Shown: piece after piece, positions 1 to 8,494 of the stretch
How positions within the stretch are numbered: position 1 is the first letter of the stretch
Layout of the letters: each line of letters opens with the position of its first letter
Source of the DNA: an uncultured Devosiaceae bacterium
Lineage (GTDB): Bacteria; Pseudomonadota; Alphaproteobacteria; Rhizobiales; Devosiaceae
DNA length: 64,000 nt
Reading direction: 5' to 3'
Assembly: GCA_964574935.1 (NCBI GenBank)
Contig: CAZNOZ010000001.1
Coordinates: 1,227 to 65,226 of the forward strand
Position numbers and translations under genes: made by a program
Notes under the pieces: generated by a model
Databases searched by the model: none
The model's input: only the letters and a program-made list of their open reading frames with translations
Told to the model about the DNA's origin: nothing

Positions 1-1
1 C

Positions 2-2014
2 TATTCCGACAATGTCGCCGCCGCCCCGCATCTCAACTTCATCCGCAAATCCGCCTGTCACGGCGGCTGGGACTGGAACATCTGCCTGATGCCCACGGGC
101 ATTTACGGCGCGATGGCGCTCAGGCGGTCCCGGCTGGCGCGCATCGACAGCGTCGAAGTGGTCCAGCATCACGCCCCCGACCAGGTCGAAATCGAAATCC
201 GCACCCGCGTCTTCGCGTTCGAGGCCGGCGCGGCAGAACTCACCCATACCGTCGACGGCAGACAGTATGGCGGCACGGTCGAGGTCGTGCCGGGCGACAA
301 CATCTTCACCCACCAGGTCACCATCGCCGAGCCGAAGCTGTGGTGGCCGGCCGGGCAGGGGGAGCAGCCGCTCTACGCCATCGAAACGGAATTCGACGGC
401 GAGCTGACGCGCCGCCGCATCGGCCTCAGGACGCTCCGGGTCGATTGCGACGACGACGAGGTGGGCACCTCGTTCAAGGTCCGCGTCAATGGCCGCGACA
501 TCTTCATGAAAGGCGCCAACTGGGTGCCCGCCGACGCGCTGCCCGCCCGCGTCACCCAGGACGCCGTGCGGCCGTTGCTCGAGGCCGCGGTGGCGGCGAA
601 TTTCAACATGCTCAGGGTGTGGGGGGGCGGCCAGTACGAGCCCGACGACTTCTATGAACTGTGCGACGAACTCGGGCTCCTCGTCTGGCAGGATCTGATG
701 TTCGCGTGCATGCCCTATCCCTCCAATCCCGAGTTTCTCGCCTCGGTGCGCACCGAGGCCACCCAGCAGGTGAGGCGTCTGTCGCATCACGCCTCGATCG
801 CCCTGTGGTGCGGCGACAACGAGGTGATCGGGTCGCTGGAGTGGTACCCCCAGACCCGCCAGAACCGCGACCGCTATGTCGCCAACTACGACCGGCTGAA
901 TTCGCTGTTGATGGAAATCTGCGAGCGGGAGGATCCGGGCCGCCGCTTCTGGCCGTCCTCGCCGTCCGCCGGCTATCTCGAATTTGCCGGCGGCTGGAAG
1001 GACGACACGCGCGGGGACATGCATGTGTGGGACGTCTGGCATTCGGACAGGGATTTCACGGCCTACCGGGACGTGAAGCCCCGCTTCGCGTCCGAATTCG
1101 GCTTCCAGTCCTTTCCCTCGATGCGGCGGATCGAGGCGTTCGCGGCCGCCGAAGACCGCAACCTCTCCGCGCCGGTCATGGAGGCGCACCAGCGCAATCC
1201 GGGCGGCAACGCGCGGATCATCGCGACAATCTGCCGCCACTTCCGGTTCCCGAAGGACTTCGACCAGATGGTCTATCTCAGCCAGATCCAGCAGGGGTTG
1301 GCGCTGCAGACCGCCGTCGAATTCTGGCGCGCCGCCAAGCCGCGCTGCATGGGAGCGCTCTACTGGCAATTCAACGACACCTGGCCGGTGGCCTCCTGGT
1401 CGAGCCTCGAGCATGGCGGCGGCTGGAAGCTCGCCCACTATTTCGCCAGGCGGTTTTTCGCACCGGTCACGGTCGTCGCCATCCCGGATCCCGAGAGCGG
1501 CGAGATCGCGCTGGTGGGGGTGAGCGACCGGGCCGACCCGGCGGTCCTGTCGCTCGAAGCGAAGGCGGTGGGATTCGACGGCCGCGAGCGCCCGCTCGTC
1601 GAAACGCGTGGTGAAGTCACGCCCTATGCGGCGAGCGAGCTGACGCGACTGGCGCCGGGGGCGCTCGATGCCCACGAATTCATGACGTTTTCGTGGGCCG
1701 GGCCGGACGGCGCCGACGCCGGCGACAACGAGCATTTCCCCACACCGTTCAAACGCTACGATCTGCCCGTGCCGGAAATCGCCGCGAGCTGGGAGACGAA
1801 GAAGGGCGAGACGGCGCTGGTGCTGGAGACCGACGAGCCGGCCCTGTTCGTGACCGCCGAAGTGGCGGTGCCGGGGGTCTTTTCGGACAACGCCCTGACG
1901 CTGGTGCCCGGGGCGCCCCGCCGGCTCACCTTCACGCCGACGGGCGGTGCCGTGGACCTCGATGCGCTGCGGGCCTCGCTGGCGGTGCGCAACCTGCGCG
2001 ACAGCTTCGAATGA
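2..2014 (+). CDS. Glycoside hydrolase family 2, beta-mannosidase-like (5'-partial; gene begins upstream of the window)
   Basis: The frame is open from nt 2: YSDNVAAAPHLNFIRKSACHGGWDWNICLMPTG precedes the first Met of ORF 89..2014. GH2 mannosidase-type blocks are present: KLWWPAGQGEQPLY, VNGRDIFMKGANWVPADA, NMLRVWGGGQYEPDDFYELCDELGLLVWQD, ALWCGDNE, FASEFGFQSFP. Confidence 0.8.
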   Translation, partial: YSDNVAAAPHLNFIRKSACHGGWDWNICLMPTGIYGAMALRRSRLARIDSVEVVQHHAPDQVEIEIRTRVFAFEAGAAELTHTVDGRQYGGTVEVVPGDNIFTHQVTIAEPKLWWPAGQGEQPLYAIETEFDGELTRRRIGLRTLRVDCDDDEVGTSFKVRVNGRDIFMKGANWVPADALPARVTQDAVRPLLEAAVAANFNMLRVWGGGQYEPDDFYELCDELGLLVWQDLMFACMPYPSNPEFLASVRTEATQQVRRLSHHASIALWCGDNEVIGSLEWYPQTRQNRDRYVANYDRLNSLLMEICEREDPGRRFWPSSPSAGYLEFAGGWKDDTRGDMHVWDVWHSDRDFTAYRDVKPRFASEFGFQSFPSMRRIEAFAAAEDRNLSAPVMEAHQRNPGGNARIIATICRHFRFPKDFDQMVYLSQIQQGLALQTAVEFWRAAKPRCMGALYWQFNDTWPVASWSSLEHGGGWKLAHYFARRFFAPVTVVAIPDPESGEIALVGVSDRADPAVLSLEAKAVGFDGRERPLVETRGEVTPYAASELTRLAPGALDAHEFMTFSWAGPDGADAGDNEHFPTPFKRYDLPVPEIAASWETKKGETALVLETDEPALFVTAEVAVPGVFSDNALTLVPGAPRRLTFTPTGGAVDLDALRASLAVRNLRDSFE

Positions 2015-2030
2015 GCCGCCGGCCCCGCCC

Positions 2031-2720
2031 ATGAAGCGCTCCGAAGTCAACGAGATCCTCGCTGAGGCCGAGGCCTTCATCGGCTCCTTCGGCTACCGTC
2101 TGCCGCCGTTTGCCTTCTGGACCCCGAACGAGATGCGCCAGCGCCGCGCCGAAATCGGCGCGCTCGTCGAGGGCCGGCTCGGATGGGACGTCACCGACTA
2201 TGGTGAGGGGAAATTCGGCGAGATCGGCCTGACCCTCTTTACGGTGCGCAACGGCCGCACCGCCGATCTAGCGGCCGGCAAGGGCATGCTCTACGCCGAG
2301 AAGATCATGATTTCGCGCGCCGGCCAGGTCGCCCCGATGCACCGGCACGTCGTCAAGGCCGAGGACATCATCAACCGCGGCGGCGGCTCGCTGGCGGTCG
2401 AGCTGTTCGCCTCGACCGATGACGGCTCGATCGACCAACGCGGTCCGGTCACCGTGCCTTGCGACGGCACTTCGCGTCGGCTCGAAGCGGGCGCCACCCT
2501 CGCCCTCGATCCCGGTGCAAGCGTGACCCTGCTGCCCGGGACCTGGCACGCCTTTTGGGGCGAGGGGGCGGACGTGCTGGTCGGCGAGGTCTCGACGGTC
2601 AACGACGATCTCACCGACAACGTCTTTCGCGATCCCGTCGGGCGGTTCCCCGAGATCGTCGAAGACGAGCCGCCCCGCCGGCTGCTGGTCGCCGACTACG
2701 ACACCTGGCTCGCCGGCTGA
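2031..2720 (+). CDS. D-lyxose/D-mannose ketol-isomerase (cupin family, YdaE-like)
   Basis: ATG at 2031, in frame inside ORF 1947..2720 and 16 nt after the upstream stop. The N-terminus MKRSEVNEILAEAEAFIGSFGYRLPPFAFWTP and the cupin metal-ligand blocks APMHRH and GTWHAFWGE fit D-lyxose isomerases. Length 229 aa. Confidence 0.7.
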   Translation: MKRSEVNEILAEAEAFIGSFGYRLPPFAFWTPNEMRQRRAEIGALVEGRLGWDVTDYGEGKFGEIGLTLFTVRNGRTADLAAGKGMLYAEKIMISRAGQVAPMHRHVVKAEDIINRGGGSLAVELFASTDDGSIDQRGPVTVPCDGTSRRLEAGATLALDPGASVTLLPGTWHAFWGEGADVLVGEVSTVNDDLTDNVFRDPVGRFPEIVEDEPPRRLLVADYDTWLAG

Positions 2721-2732
2721 TCGGGAACCAAG

Positions 2733-2758
2733 AAAAAGGGCCGGCGCTTGGCCGGCCC
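2733..2758 (-). terminator. Rho-independent terminator for the minus-strand liv/dehydrogenase operon (hairpin usable from both strands)
   Basis: GGGCCGGC (2738-2745), loop GCTTG, GCCGGCCC (2751-2758). The plus-strand AAAAA at 2733-2737 precedes it, so on the minus strand the hairpin is followed by UUUUU. It lies between the convergent stops at 2720 and 2779. Confidence 0.6.
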
Positions 2759-2778
2759 CTCGGGGGAGGTGGGAGCGC

Positions 2779-5700
2779 TCAGAAGACCGGCGGGTAGTGC
2801 CGGTGGCCGCGCTCCAGGGTGATCCAGCGGGTTTCGGTGAAGGTGCTCAGCGCCCACTTGCCGCCGTGCCGGCCGGTGCCCGAGCCCTTGGCGCCGCCGA
2901 ACGGCACCATCGCCTCGTCGTTCACCGGCGAGCAGTTGATGTGGCACATGCCGGTCTCCAGTTCGCCGGCGATCTTCAGGCCGCGCTCCTCGTCGCGGGT
3001 CATCACGCCGGCGGTCAGGCCGTAGTCGGAGTCGTTGGCGATCCGCACCGCTTCCTCCTCGGTTGCGAAGGGATAGATCGACGTCACCGGCCCAAAAGTC
3101 TCCTCGCGGTAGATCTTCATGGCGTCGGTGACCCCGGTCAGGATCGTCGGCTCGACATAGAGCCCGTCGATCCGCCCACCCAACAGCACCTGCGCGCCCT
3201 TCTCGACGGCGTCGTCGAGCTGGTCCTTGATGCGCGCCACCTGCCGCTCGTTGATGATGGGGCCGATCACATGTGCCTTGTCGACCGCGGGGTCGCCCGT
3301 CTTCAGGGCGGCCGCCTTTTCGACGAACCGGCGCATGAACTCGTCGACGATCGTGTCCTGCACCAGCACCCGGTCGATCGACATGCAGATCTGTCCCTGA
3401 TGCATGAAGGCGCCGAAATTGGCCGCCTGCAGCGCCCGGTCGATGTCGGCGTCGTCGAAGATGATCAGGGCGTTCTTGCCGCCCGCCTCGATGGCGCACT
3501 CCTTGAGCAGGCCCCCCGCCTGGGCGGCGATCTTGCGGCCGACCGGGGTCGAACCGGTGAACGAGATGCCCTTGACCCTGGGATTGGAGATCATCTCGTC
3601 ACCGACCTCGGCGACGGTGTCCCGCGAGCAGCACACAACGTTCAGCACCCCCGGGGGCACGCCCGCCTCCTCGAAGAGCTCGGCGAACAGAAGTCCCCCG
3701 ATCACCGGGGTCTCCTCGGAGGGCTTGAGGACGACCGTGTTGCCTGCCGCCAGCGCGAACGCCATGCCGCGCGAGGTCAGGATCATCGGAAAGTTCCACG
3801 GCGAGATCACCGAGATCACGCCCATCGGGCGCCTGACCGCCAGCGACACCTTCAGATGCTCGGAGGGCAGGATCTCGCCAACCTCCTCGTAGCAGGCGGC
3901 GGCGGCGGCGCGCCACACCGAGTGCACATAGCCGGTCTCGAACATGCCCTTGCCGAACCAGCCGCCGCCCTCGGACGTGATGTGGCGAACGATCTCGTCC
4001 TGGCGCTTCATGTAAAGGTCGGCGATCTTGAGCATGTAGTCGGCACGCGCGGTGTGCGGCAGGTCCGACCATTCTCTGAACGCCGCGTCGGCGGCATCGA
4101 TGGCATTGGCGACGTCGATCCGGTTGGCGTCCGGCGCCTGGCAATAGACTTGCCCGGTCGAGGGATTGAGGTCCTCGAAAGTGGCCCGGGGCCGCACCCA
4201 TTCGCCGCCGATATAGTGGCCCTTGGGTTCGTACTCGATGTGCAGCTGTCCTGCGGCAACGTTCATGTCTGCCTCCCGTGTGTGCTGGGGTTGTTCGTCT
4301 TGCGCTTGTGACGCCAGGGCGGCGGTGCTGGCCAGCCCGCCCTCGGGGGCGCTCAACGGGATGTTGGCGCCGTTGATCAGGGTCGCGCTTTCGCTGAGAA
4401 GATAGGCGATGACGTGGGCGGCGTCCGGCGCCGTCGGTTCGTGACCGTTGATCAGAGGATGCGCGTCCGCCCCGTTTCCCTTGGCGAGTGCGCCGTTGGT
4501 CGGGCTGACGACATTGAGCCGCACGCCGCGGGCCTTCCAGCGGTCGCGCGCCTCGAAAGCGGTCGCCGCCATCGCCGCCTTGGAGAATTCGTAGCCGCGG
4601 CGGCCGGCGATCCCGTGCGCGGCGCAGAATTCGGCGACGCTGTCGAATTCGATGGCGCCGACTTCCTCGATCGTCATGTCGGTGTTGCGCCAGTCGGTGT
4701 CGATCGGGGCCGACAGATGGACGACCGAGGCGCCCTCGCTCAGCCGGTCGGCGATCCGTTCGGCGAAATAGCGCTGGCCGACATAGTTGACCTTGATCAC
4801 CGCGTCGGCGGGCATGTCGGCGGGCAGGTCCGCCATCGCCGCCAGCCCGTCGACCGAACCGGGCAATTCGTCGACCGCCCGGTCGATGGACTGCTTCTCG
4901 GTGAAATCGGCTTTCACGAACTGGTCGATGTGGTCGTGGCTTTCATAGAGGTCGACGCCGATCACCCTGGCGCCGGAGCGCTTGAGCGCCCGTGCCGTCA
5001 TCGCGCCGATGCCGCCGGAGACGCCGGTGACCACGATCGCCTTGCCGCGCAGCACCTTGAGCTGTTCGGTAATGTCCGCGTAGCGGCCCTCGACGGTTGC
5101 GACGGCGGCCGCGGGTGTCAGCCCGGGCGCCGGAACCGACGGCGCCGGGGCGCGAGCCGGATGCGGCGCGGCGACGCCGAGATAGGCGGCCTGCACCGCC
5201 GGGTCGGACCGCAATGCCGCCGCCGAGCTGGCCGCGCTGACGCGACCGTTCTCGATCAGATAGCCCCGGTCGGCGATTGCCAGGGATTGATTGGCGTCCT
5301 GCTCGACCAAGAGGATGCCGGTGCCGTCCTTGCGTATGCGCTTGAGGGCCCGGAACAGCTCCGTGCACAACACCGGGGCCAGCCCCAGGGTCGGCTCGTC
5401 CAGCATCAGGATCTTCGGCGCCGACATCAGGGCCCGCCCGATGGCGACCATCTGCTGTTCGCCGCCGCTCATGGTGCGCGCCATTTGCTGCTTGCGCTCC
5501 TTGAGCGCCGGGAACAGCGAATAGACATGGGCCAGGGCGGCCTTTTCGGTCGCACGGGCCCGCTGCGCGAAGGCGCCGAGGTCGAGATTCTCCTCGACCG
5601 TGAGCTCGCCGAACAGCCCGCGCCCCTCCGGAACCAGGGTCAGGCCGGCCTCGACGATTTCGTGCGGCTTGAGGGCGTGCAAACTGACGCCGTCGATTGC

Positions 5701-5877
5701 GATTTCGGCCCCCGGCGCCATCGGCACCAGTCCGGCGATGGCCTTCAGAAGCGTCGTCTTGCCGGCCCCGTTGGCGCCCAGGATGACGACGATCTCGCCC
5801 TCGCCGACGCCCAGAGAGACATCCAGCAGCGCGCGGTGATGGCCGTAGGAGACCGAGATCGACTTCGCCTCAAGCAT
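2779..5877 (-). CDS. Tri-domain fusion ORF: LivF-type ABC transporter ATPase + short-chain dehydrogenase/reductase + NAD(P)-dependent aldehyde dehydrogenase
   Basis: One uninterrupted reading frame starting at the ATG at 5877, which overlaps the livG stop by 8 nt.
- Residues ~1-234 (nt 5176..5877): LivF-like ATPase with Walker A GANGAGKTT, signature MSGGEQQM, Walker B ILMLDEPTLGLAP and the usual C-terminal AAYLG.
- Next: a Pro/Ala-rich linker.
- Next (~nt 4330..5055): an SDR domain of ~250 aa with TGVSGGIG and YEFSK.
- Last (nt 2779..4266): a complete ~495-aa ALDH with FTGSTPVG, IEAGGKN, GQICMSIDR and the C-terminus HRHYPPVF.
There is no stop codon at either junction. Confidence 0.7.
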   Translation of the reverse strand: MLEAKSISVSYGHHRALLDVSLGVGEGEIVVILGANGAGKTTLLKAIAGLVPMAPGAEIAIDGVSLHALKPHEIVEAGLTLVPEGRGLFGELTVEENLDLGAFAQRARATEKAALAHVYSLFPALKERKQQMARTMSGGEQQMVAIGRALMSAPKILMLDEPTLGLAPVLCTELFRALKRIRKDGTGILLVEQDANQSLAIADRGYLIENGRVSAASSAAALRSDPAVQAAYLGVAAPHPARAPAPSVPAPGLTPAAAVATVEGRYADITEQLKVLRGKAIVVTGVSGGIGAMTARALKRSGARVIGVDLYESHDHIDQFVKADFTEKQSIDRAVDELPGSVDGLAAMADLPADMPADAVIKVNYVGQRYFAERIADRLSEGASVVHLSAPIDTDWRNTDMTIEEVGAIEFDSVAEFCAAHGIAGRRGYEFSKAAMAATAFEARDRWKARGVRLNVVSPTNGALAKGNGADAHPLINGHEPTAPDAAHVIAYLLSESATLINGANIPLSAPEGGLASTAALASQAQDEQPQHTREADMNVAAGQLHIEYEPKGHYIGGEWVRPRATFEDLNPSTGQVYCQAPDANRIDVANAIDAADAAFREWSDLPHTARADYMLKIADLYMKRQDEIVRHITSEGGGWFGKGMFETGYVHSVWRAAAAACYEEVGEILPSEHLKVSLAVRRPMGVISVISPWNFPMILTSRGMAFALAAGNTVVLKPSEETPVIGGLLFAELFEEAGVPPGVLNVVCCSRDTVAEVGDEMISNPRVKGISFTGSTPVGRKIAAQAGGLLKECAIEAGGKNALIIFDDADIDRALQAANFGAFMHQGQICMSIDRVLVQDTIVDEFMRRFVEKAAALKTGDPAVDKAHVIGPIINERQVARIKDQLDDAVEKGAQVLLGGRIDGLYVEPTILTGVTDAMKIYREETFGPVTSIYPFATEEEAVRIANDSDYGLTAGVMTRDEERGLKIAGELETGMCHINCSPVNDEAMVPFGGAKGSGTGRHGGKWALSTFTETRWITLERGHRHYPPVF

Positions 5878-6604
5878 CGGGTTCCCCGATATACGCGCGT
5901 ACAACTTCACGGTCGGCGAGCACCGCATCCGGATCGCCATCGGCGATCTTTCGGCCCGCGTTCATCACCACGCAGCGGTCACACAGGGCGCGGATCGCTT
6001 CGATGACATGCTCCACCAGCACAATAGTGTACCCTTGGGACTTTAACCGCTTGATTAACCCCACGGCGATGTTGAGTTCCGCCGGATTGAGCCCGGCCAG
6101 CCACTCGTCGAGCAGCAAAACCTCCGGCTTGCGGGCGATGGCGCGCGCCAGCTCGATGCGTTTCTGGTCGATATAGGTCATCTGCGGCGGGTATTCGCTG
6201 CCGCGCCCGCCCAGTCCCACAAGATGCAGGAGCTCGTCGGCGCGCCGGTCGGCCGCCGCGCCCCAGAGGTGATCGGGGCCGAACGCCATGCCGGCGACGA
6301 CGTTTTCCTGCGCCGACATGCCGTGCAGCGCTCTGACGAGCTGAAAGGTGCGCCGCACACCACGATCCGAGATGCGATGGGCGGGCAGGCGGGTCAGCGG
6401 CTCGCCGTGCAGCCTGATTTCGCCGCCGGTCGGCTTGAAGACGCCCGATATCAGGTTGAGCATGGTCGTCTTGCCCGACCCGTTGGGGCCGATCAAACCC
6501 AGGATTTCGCCTTCGTAGAGCTCGAAGCTGACGTCGTTGACCGCGATCAGGCCCCCGAACGCCTTGCGCGCCTTTTCGACCGTGAGAACCGACGAGGCAC
6601 TCAT
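5870..6604 (-). CDS. livG: Branched-chain/HAAT-family ABC transporter ATP-binding protein LivG
   Basis: The ATG at 6604 overlaps the livM stop (ATGA). MSASSVLTVEKARKAFGGLIAVNDVSFELYEGEILGLIGPNGSGKTT carries the Walker A motif; LLLDEWLAGLNP is Walker B. The upstream 277 codons of ORF 5870..7435 are a shadow of livM. Confidence 0.9.
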   Translation of the reverse strand: MSASSVLTVEKARKAFGGLIAVNDVSFELYEGEILGLIGPNGSGKTTMLNLISGVFKPTGGEIRLHGEPLTRLPAHRISDRGVRRTFQLVRALHGMSAQENVVAGMAFGPDHLWGAAADRRADELLHLVGLGGRGSEYPPQMTYIDQKRIELARAIARKPEVLLLDEWLAGLNPAELNIAVGLIKRLKSQGYTIVLVEHVIEAIRALCDRCVVMNAGRKIADGDPDAVLADREVVRAYIGEPDA

Positions 6605-7569
6605 TCGGCCGGCTCCTCCCGGGCGTCGGCGCTCGGGCCGGCCCGGGCGCGCATGGCGCCGATAGCCTGTTCGATCCGCCCCAGGACCCCGTCCGGCACC
6701 AGAAAGACGATGGCGATGAAGGCCACCCCGATGACGATGTTGGTGTAGTCGGGGAACTGGGCGTTGATGAAGTCGGTCAGCACGATGAAGGGCACGACCC
6801 CCACCAGCGGGCCCCACAGGCGCCGCGTACCGCCCAGCAGCGCCATGATCACCACCTGGAAGGAGATCATGGGATTGAAGGCCGAGGGGGGCTGCACATA
6901 GGCGTAGCGCGGCGCCAGAAGGGCCCCGACAATGCCGATGAAGGCGCCGGAAATCATGAACAGGAGGACTTTGGCGCCGGCCGTGTTGATGCCGACATGG
7001 GAGGCGACGGTCTCGTCGTTGCCGATGATCCGCATCGCGAAGCCGAGCCGCGACCGGTTGATGAGCCAGCCGGTCACGAACACCGCGGCGGTCAGCGCCA
7101 GCAGCATCCAGTACACGTGCTGTTCGCGGAAATCGGTGAAGACATAGAGTCCCACCTTGGTGGTGTAGTTGGTCTGCCACCAGGTCACGACCTGACGCAC
7201 GAGTTCCGCCAGCCCAAGGGTGAAGATGACGAAATAGACCCCGGAAAGCCGGAGCGTCGCGAGCCCGACCAGCGCTGCCAGGATGGCGGCGCCGACCGCC
7301 GATAGGGCAACCAGGGCCGCGAAGGGGATCGTGTCGATGCCCAGCCCCACCATGTAGTTGCCGATGCCGAAGAAGGCGGCGGTGGCCAGCGAGATGTAGC
7401 GGGTGGGCCCGGAAAAGAGCGTCCAGGCGGTGCAAAGCGCCGCGTACTCGACAATGGTGACGGCGATGGTCAGCGTGTGGCCGCTGGCGAATTGCGGCAC
7501 CAGCGCCGCCAGTCCAAAGGCGACAATGGCCATCGCCAGCGTGCGGTACTCGTTGGCGGTGATGCTCAT
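6601..7569 (-). CDS. livM: HAAT-family ABC transporter permease LivM
   Basis: The ATG at 7569 overlaps the livH stop (ATGA). The 322-aa polytopic hydrophobic protein begins MSITANEYRTLAMAIVAFGLAALVP and contains GAKVLLFMISGAFIGIVGALLAP. The N-terminal 320 codons of ORF 6601..8529 are out-of-frame shadow over livH. Confidence 0.88.
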   Translation of the reverse strand: MSITANEYRTLAMAIVAFGLAALVPQFASGHTLTIAVTIVEYAALCTAWTLFSGPTRYISLATAAFFGIGNYMVGLGIDTIPFAALVALSAVGAAILAALVGLATLRLSGVYFVIFTLGLAELVRQVVTWWQTNYTTKVGLYVFTDFREQHVYWMLLALTAAVFVTGWLINRSRLGFAMRIIGNDETVASHVGINTAGAKVLLFMISGAFIGIVGALLAPRYAYVQPPSAFNPMISFQVVIMALLGGTRRLWGPLVGVVPFIVLTDFINAQFPDYTNIVIGVAFIAIVFLVPDGVLGRIEQAIGAMRARAGPSADAREEPAE

Positions 7570-8435
7570 GTCACCCGCCTGCCGAAGATGCCCTCGGGCC
7601 TGAAGATCAGCGTCAGCACGAACAGTGCATAGGTCGCCGCCAGCGTCAGGCCCGGATCGATGAGGCTCGACACCACCGTTTCGGCGAGCGCCAGCAGCAG
7701 CGCCGCGACCACCGCGCCGCGTACGTCGCCGACCCCGCCCATGATGACGATGATCAGCGCCTTCATGGTGAACAACACGCCCATCGAGGCGTTGAAGGTG
7801 TAAAAGGTCGACAGAAGCGATCCCGCCGCCGCCGTCAGGGCCCCGCCCAGCGCGAACGCGAATGTCGAGGCGCGTTTGACGTCGATGGCCACCAGCCCCG
7901 CCGCCACCGGATCGACCGCCACCGCTCGGATGGCGGTGCCGTAGCGGGTGCGGGCGAGGAACACGTACAGCGCCAACGCGATCACCGCCGCGCCGCCGAA
8001 GGCGATGAACCGGTTCAGCCCGTACGACCTGCCCAGGAACTCGTATGGCACGTTGAGGAACTTGTAGTTGAACAGCCCGCCGCCGAAGACCAGCAGCATC
8101 ACTCCCTGCAGGATGAACAGGAGCCCGAAGGTCGCCAGGATCGAATCCACCTCGAGCTGGCCGCGCGATTTGGCGCGATCGACAAGCGGCCGCAGCACGA
8201 TCGCGTAGATCAGCCAGTTGAGCACGAACGCCGCCGGCACGATGATCGCCAGCGCCAGGACCGGGTTGATGTTGAGCACGGTGTACAGCCAGAAGGCGCT
8301 CAGGCCCGCCACGGCGAGGTTCTCGCCGTTCGCCAGATTCATGATCCGCGCGACGCCGTACTGCAACGTCAGGCCCATTGCGATCAGCGCATAGGTCCCG
8401 CCCAGAAGCAGACCGGTGATGATGATTTCCATCAC
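7566..8435 (-). CDS. livH: HAAT-family ABC transporter permease LivH
   Basis: MMEIIITGLLLGGTYALIAMGLTLQYGVARIMNLANGE is a typical LivH N-terminus. The protein is 289 aa and polytopic. Confidence 0.9.
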   Translation of the reverse strand: MMEIIITGLLLGGTYALIAMGLTLQYGVARIMNLANGENLAVAGLSAFWLYTVLNINPVLALAIIVPAAFVLNWLIYAIVLRPLVDRAKSRGQLEVDSILATFGLLFILQGVMLLVFGGGLFNYKFLNVPYEFLGRSYGLNRFIAFGGAAVIALALYVFLARTRYGTAIRAVAVDPVAAGLVAIDVKRASTFAFALGGALTAAAGSLLSTFYTFNASMGVLFTMKALIIVIMGGVGDVRGAVVAALLLALAETVVSSLIDPGLTLAATYALFVLTLIFRPEGIFGRRVT

Positions 8436-8494
8436 TCAGCTTTCGTCGTGTCCGGCGCGGACGAACCGCGCCGGACCGCAGTGCGCGTCGTGTC

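Noticed and set aside
1947-2030. Upstream extension of the lyxose isomerase ORF overlapping the mannosidase 3' end
   Set aside because: It starts at a non-ATG codon inside the preceding gene. The family-typical N-terminus MKRSEVNEIL begins at ATG 2031.
4414-6006. 530-aa plus-strand ORF (and the similar 2797..4311 ORF, 504 aa)
   Set aside because: Both are antisense to the LivF-SDR-ALDH ORF. Their translations are dominated by R/G/D/A/P runs with no motifs, whereas the opposite strand carries three intact enzyme domains.
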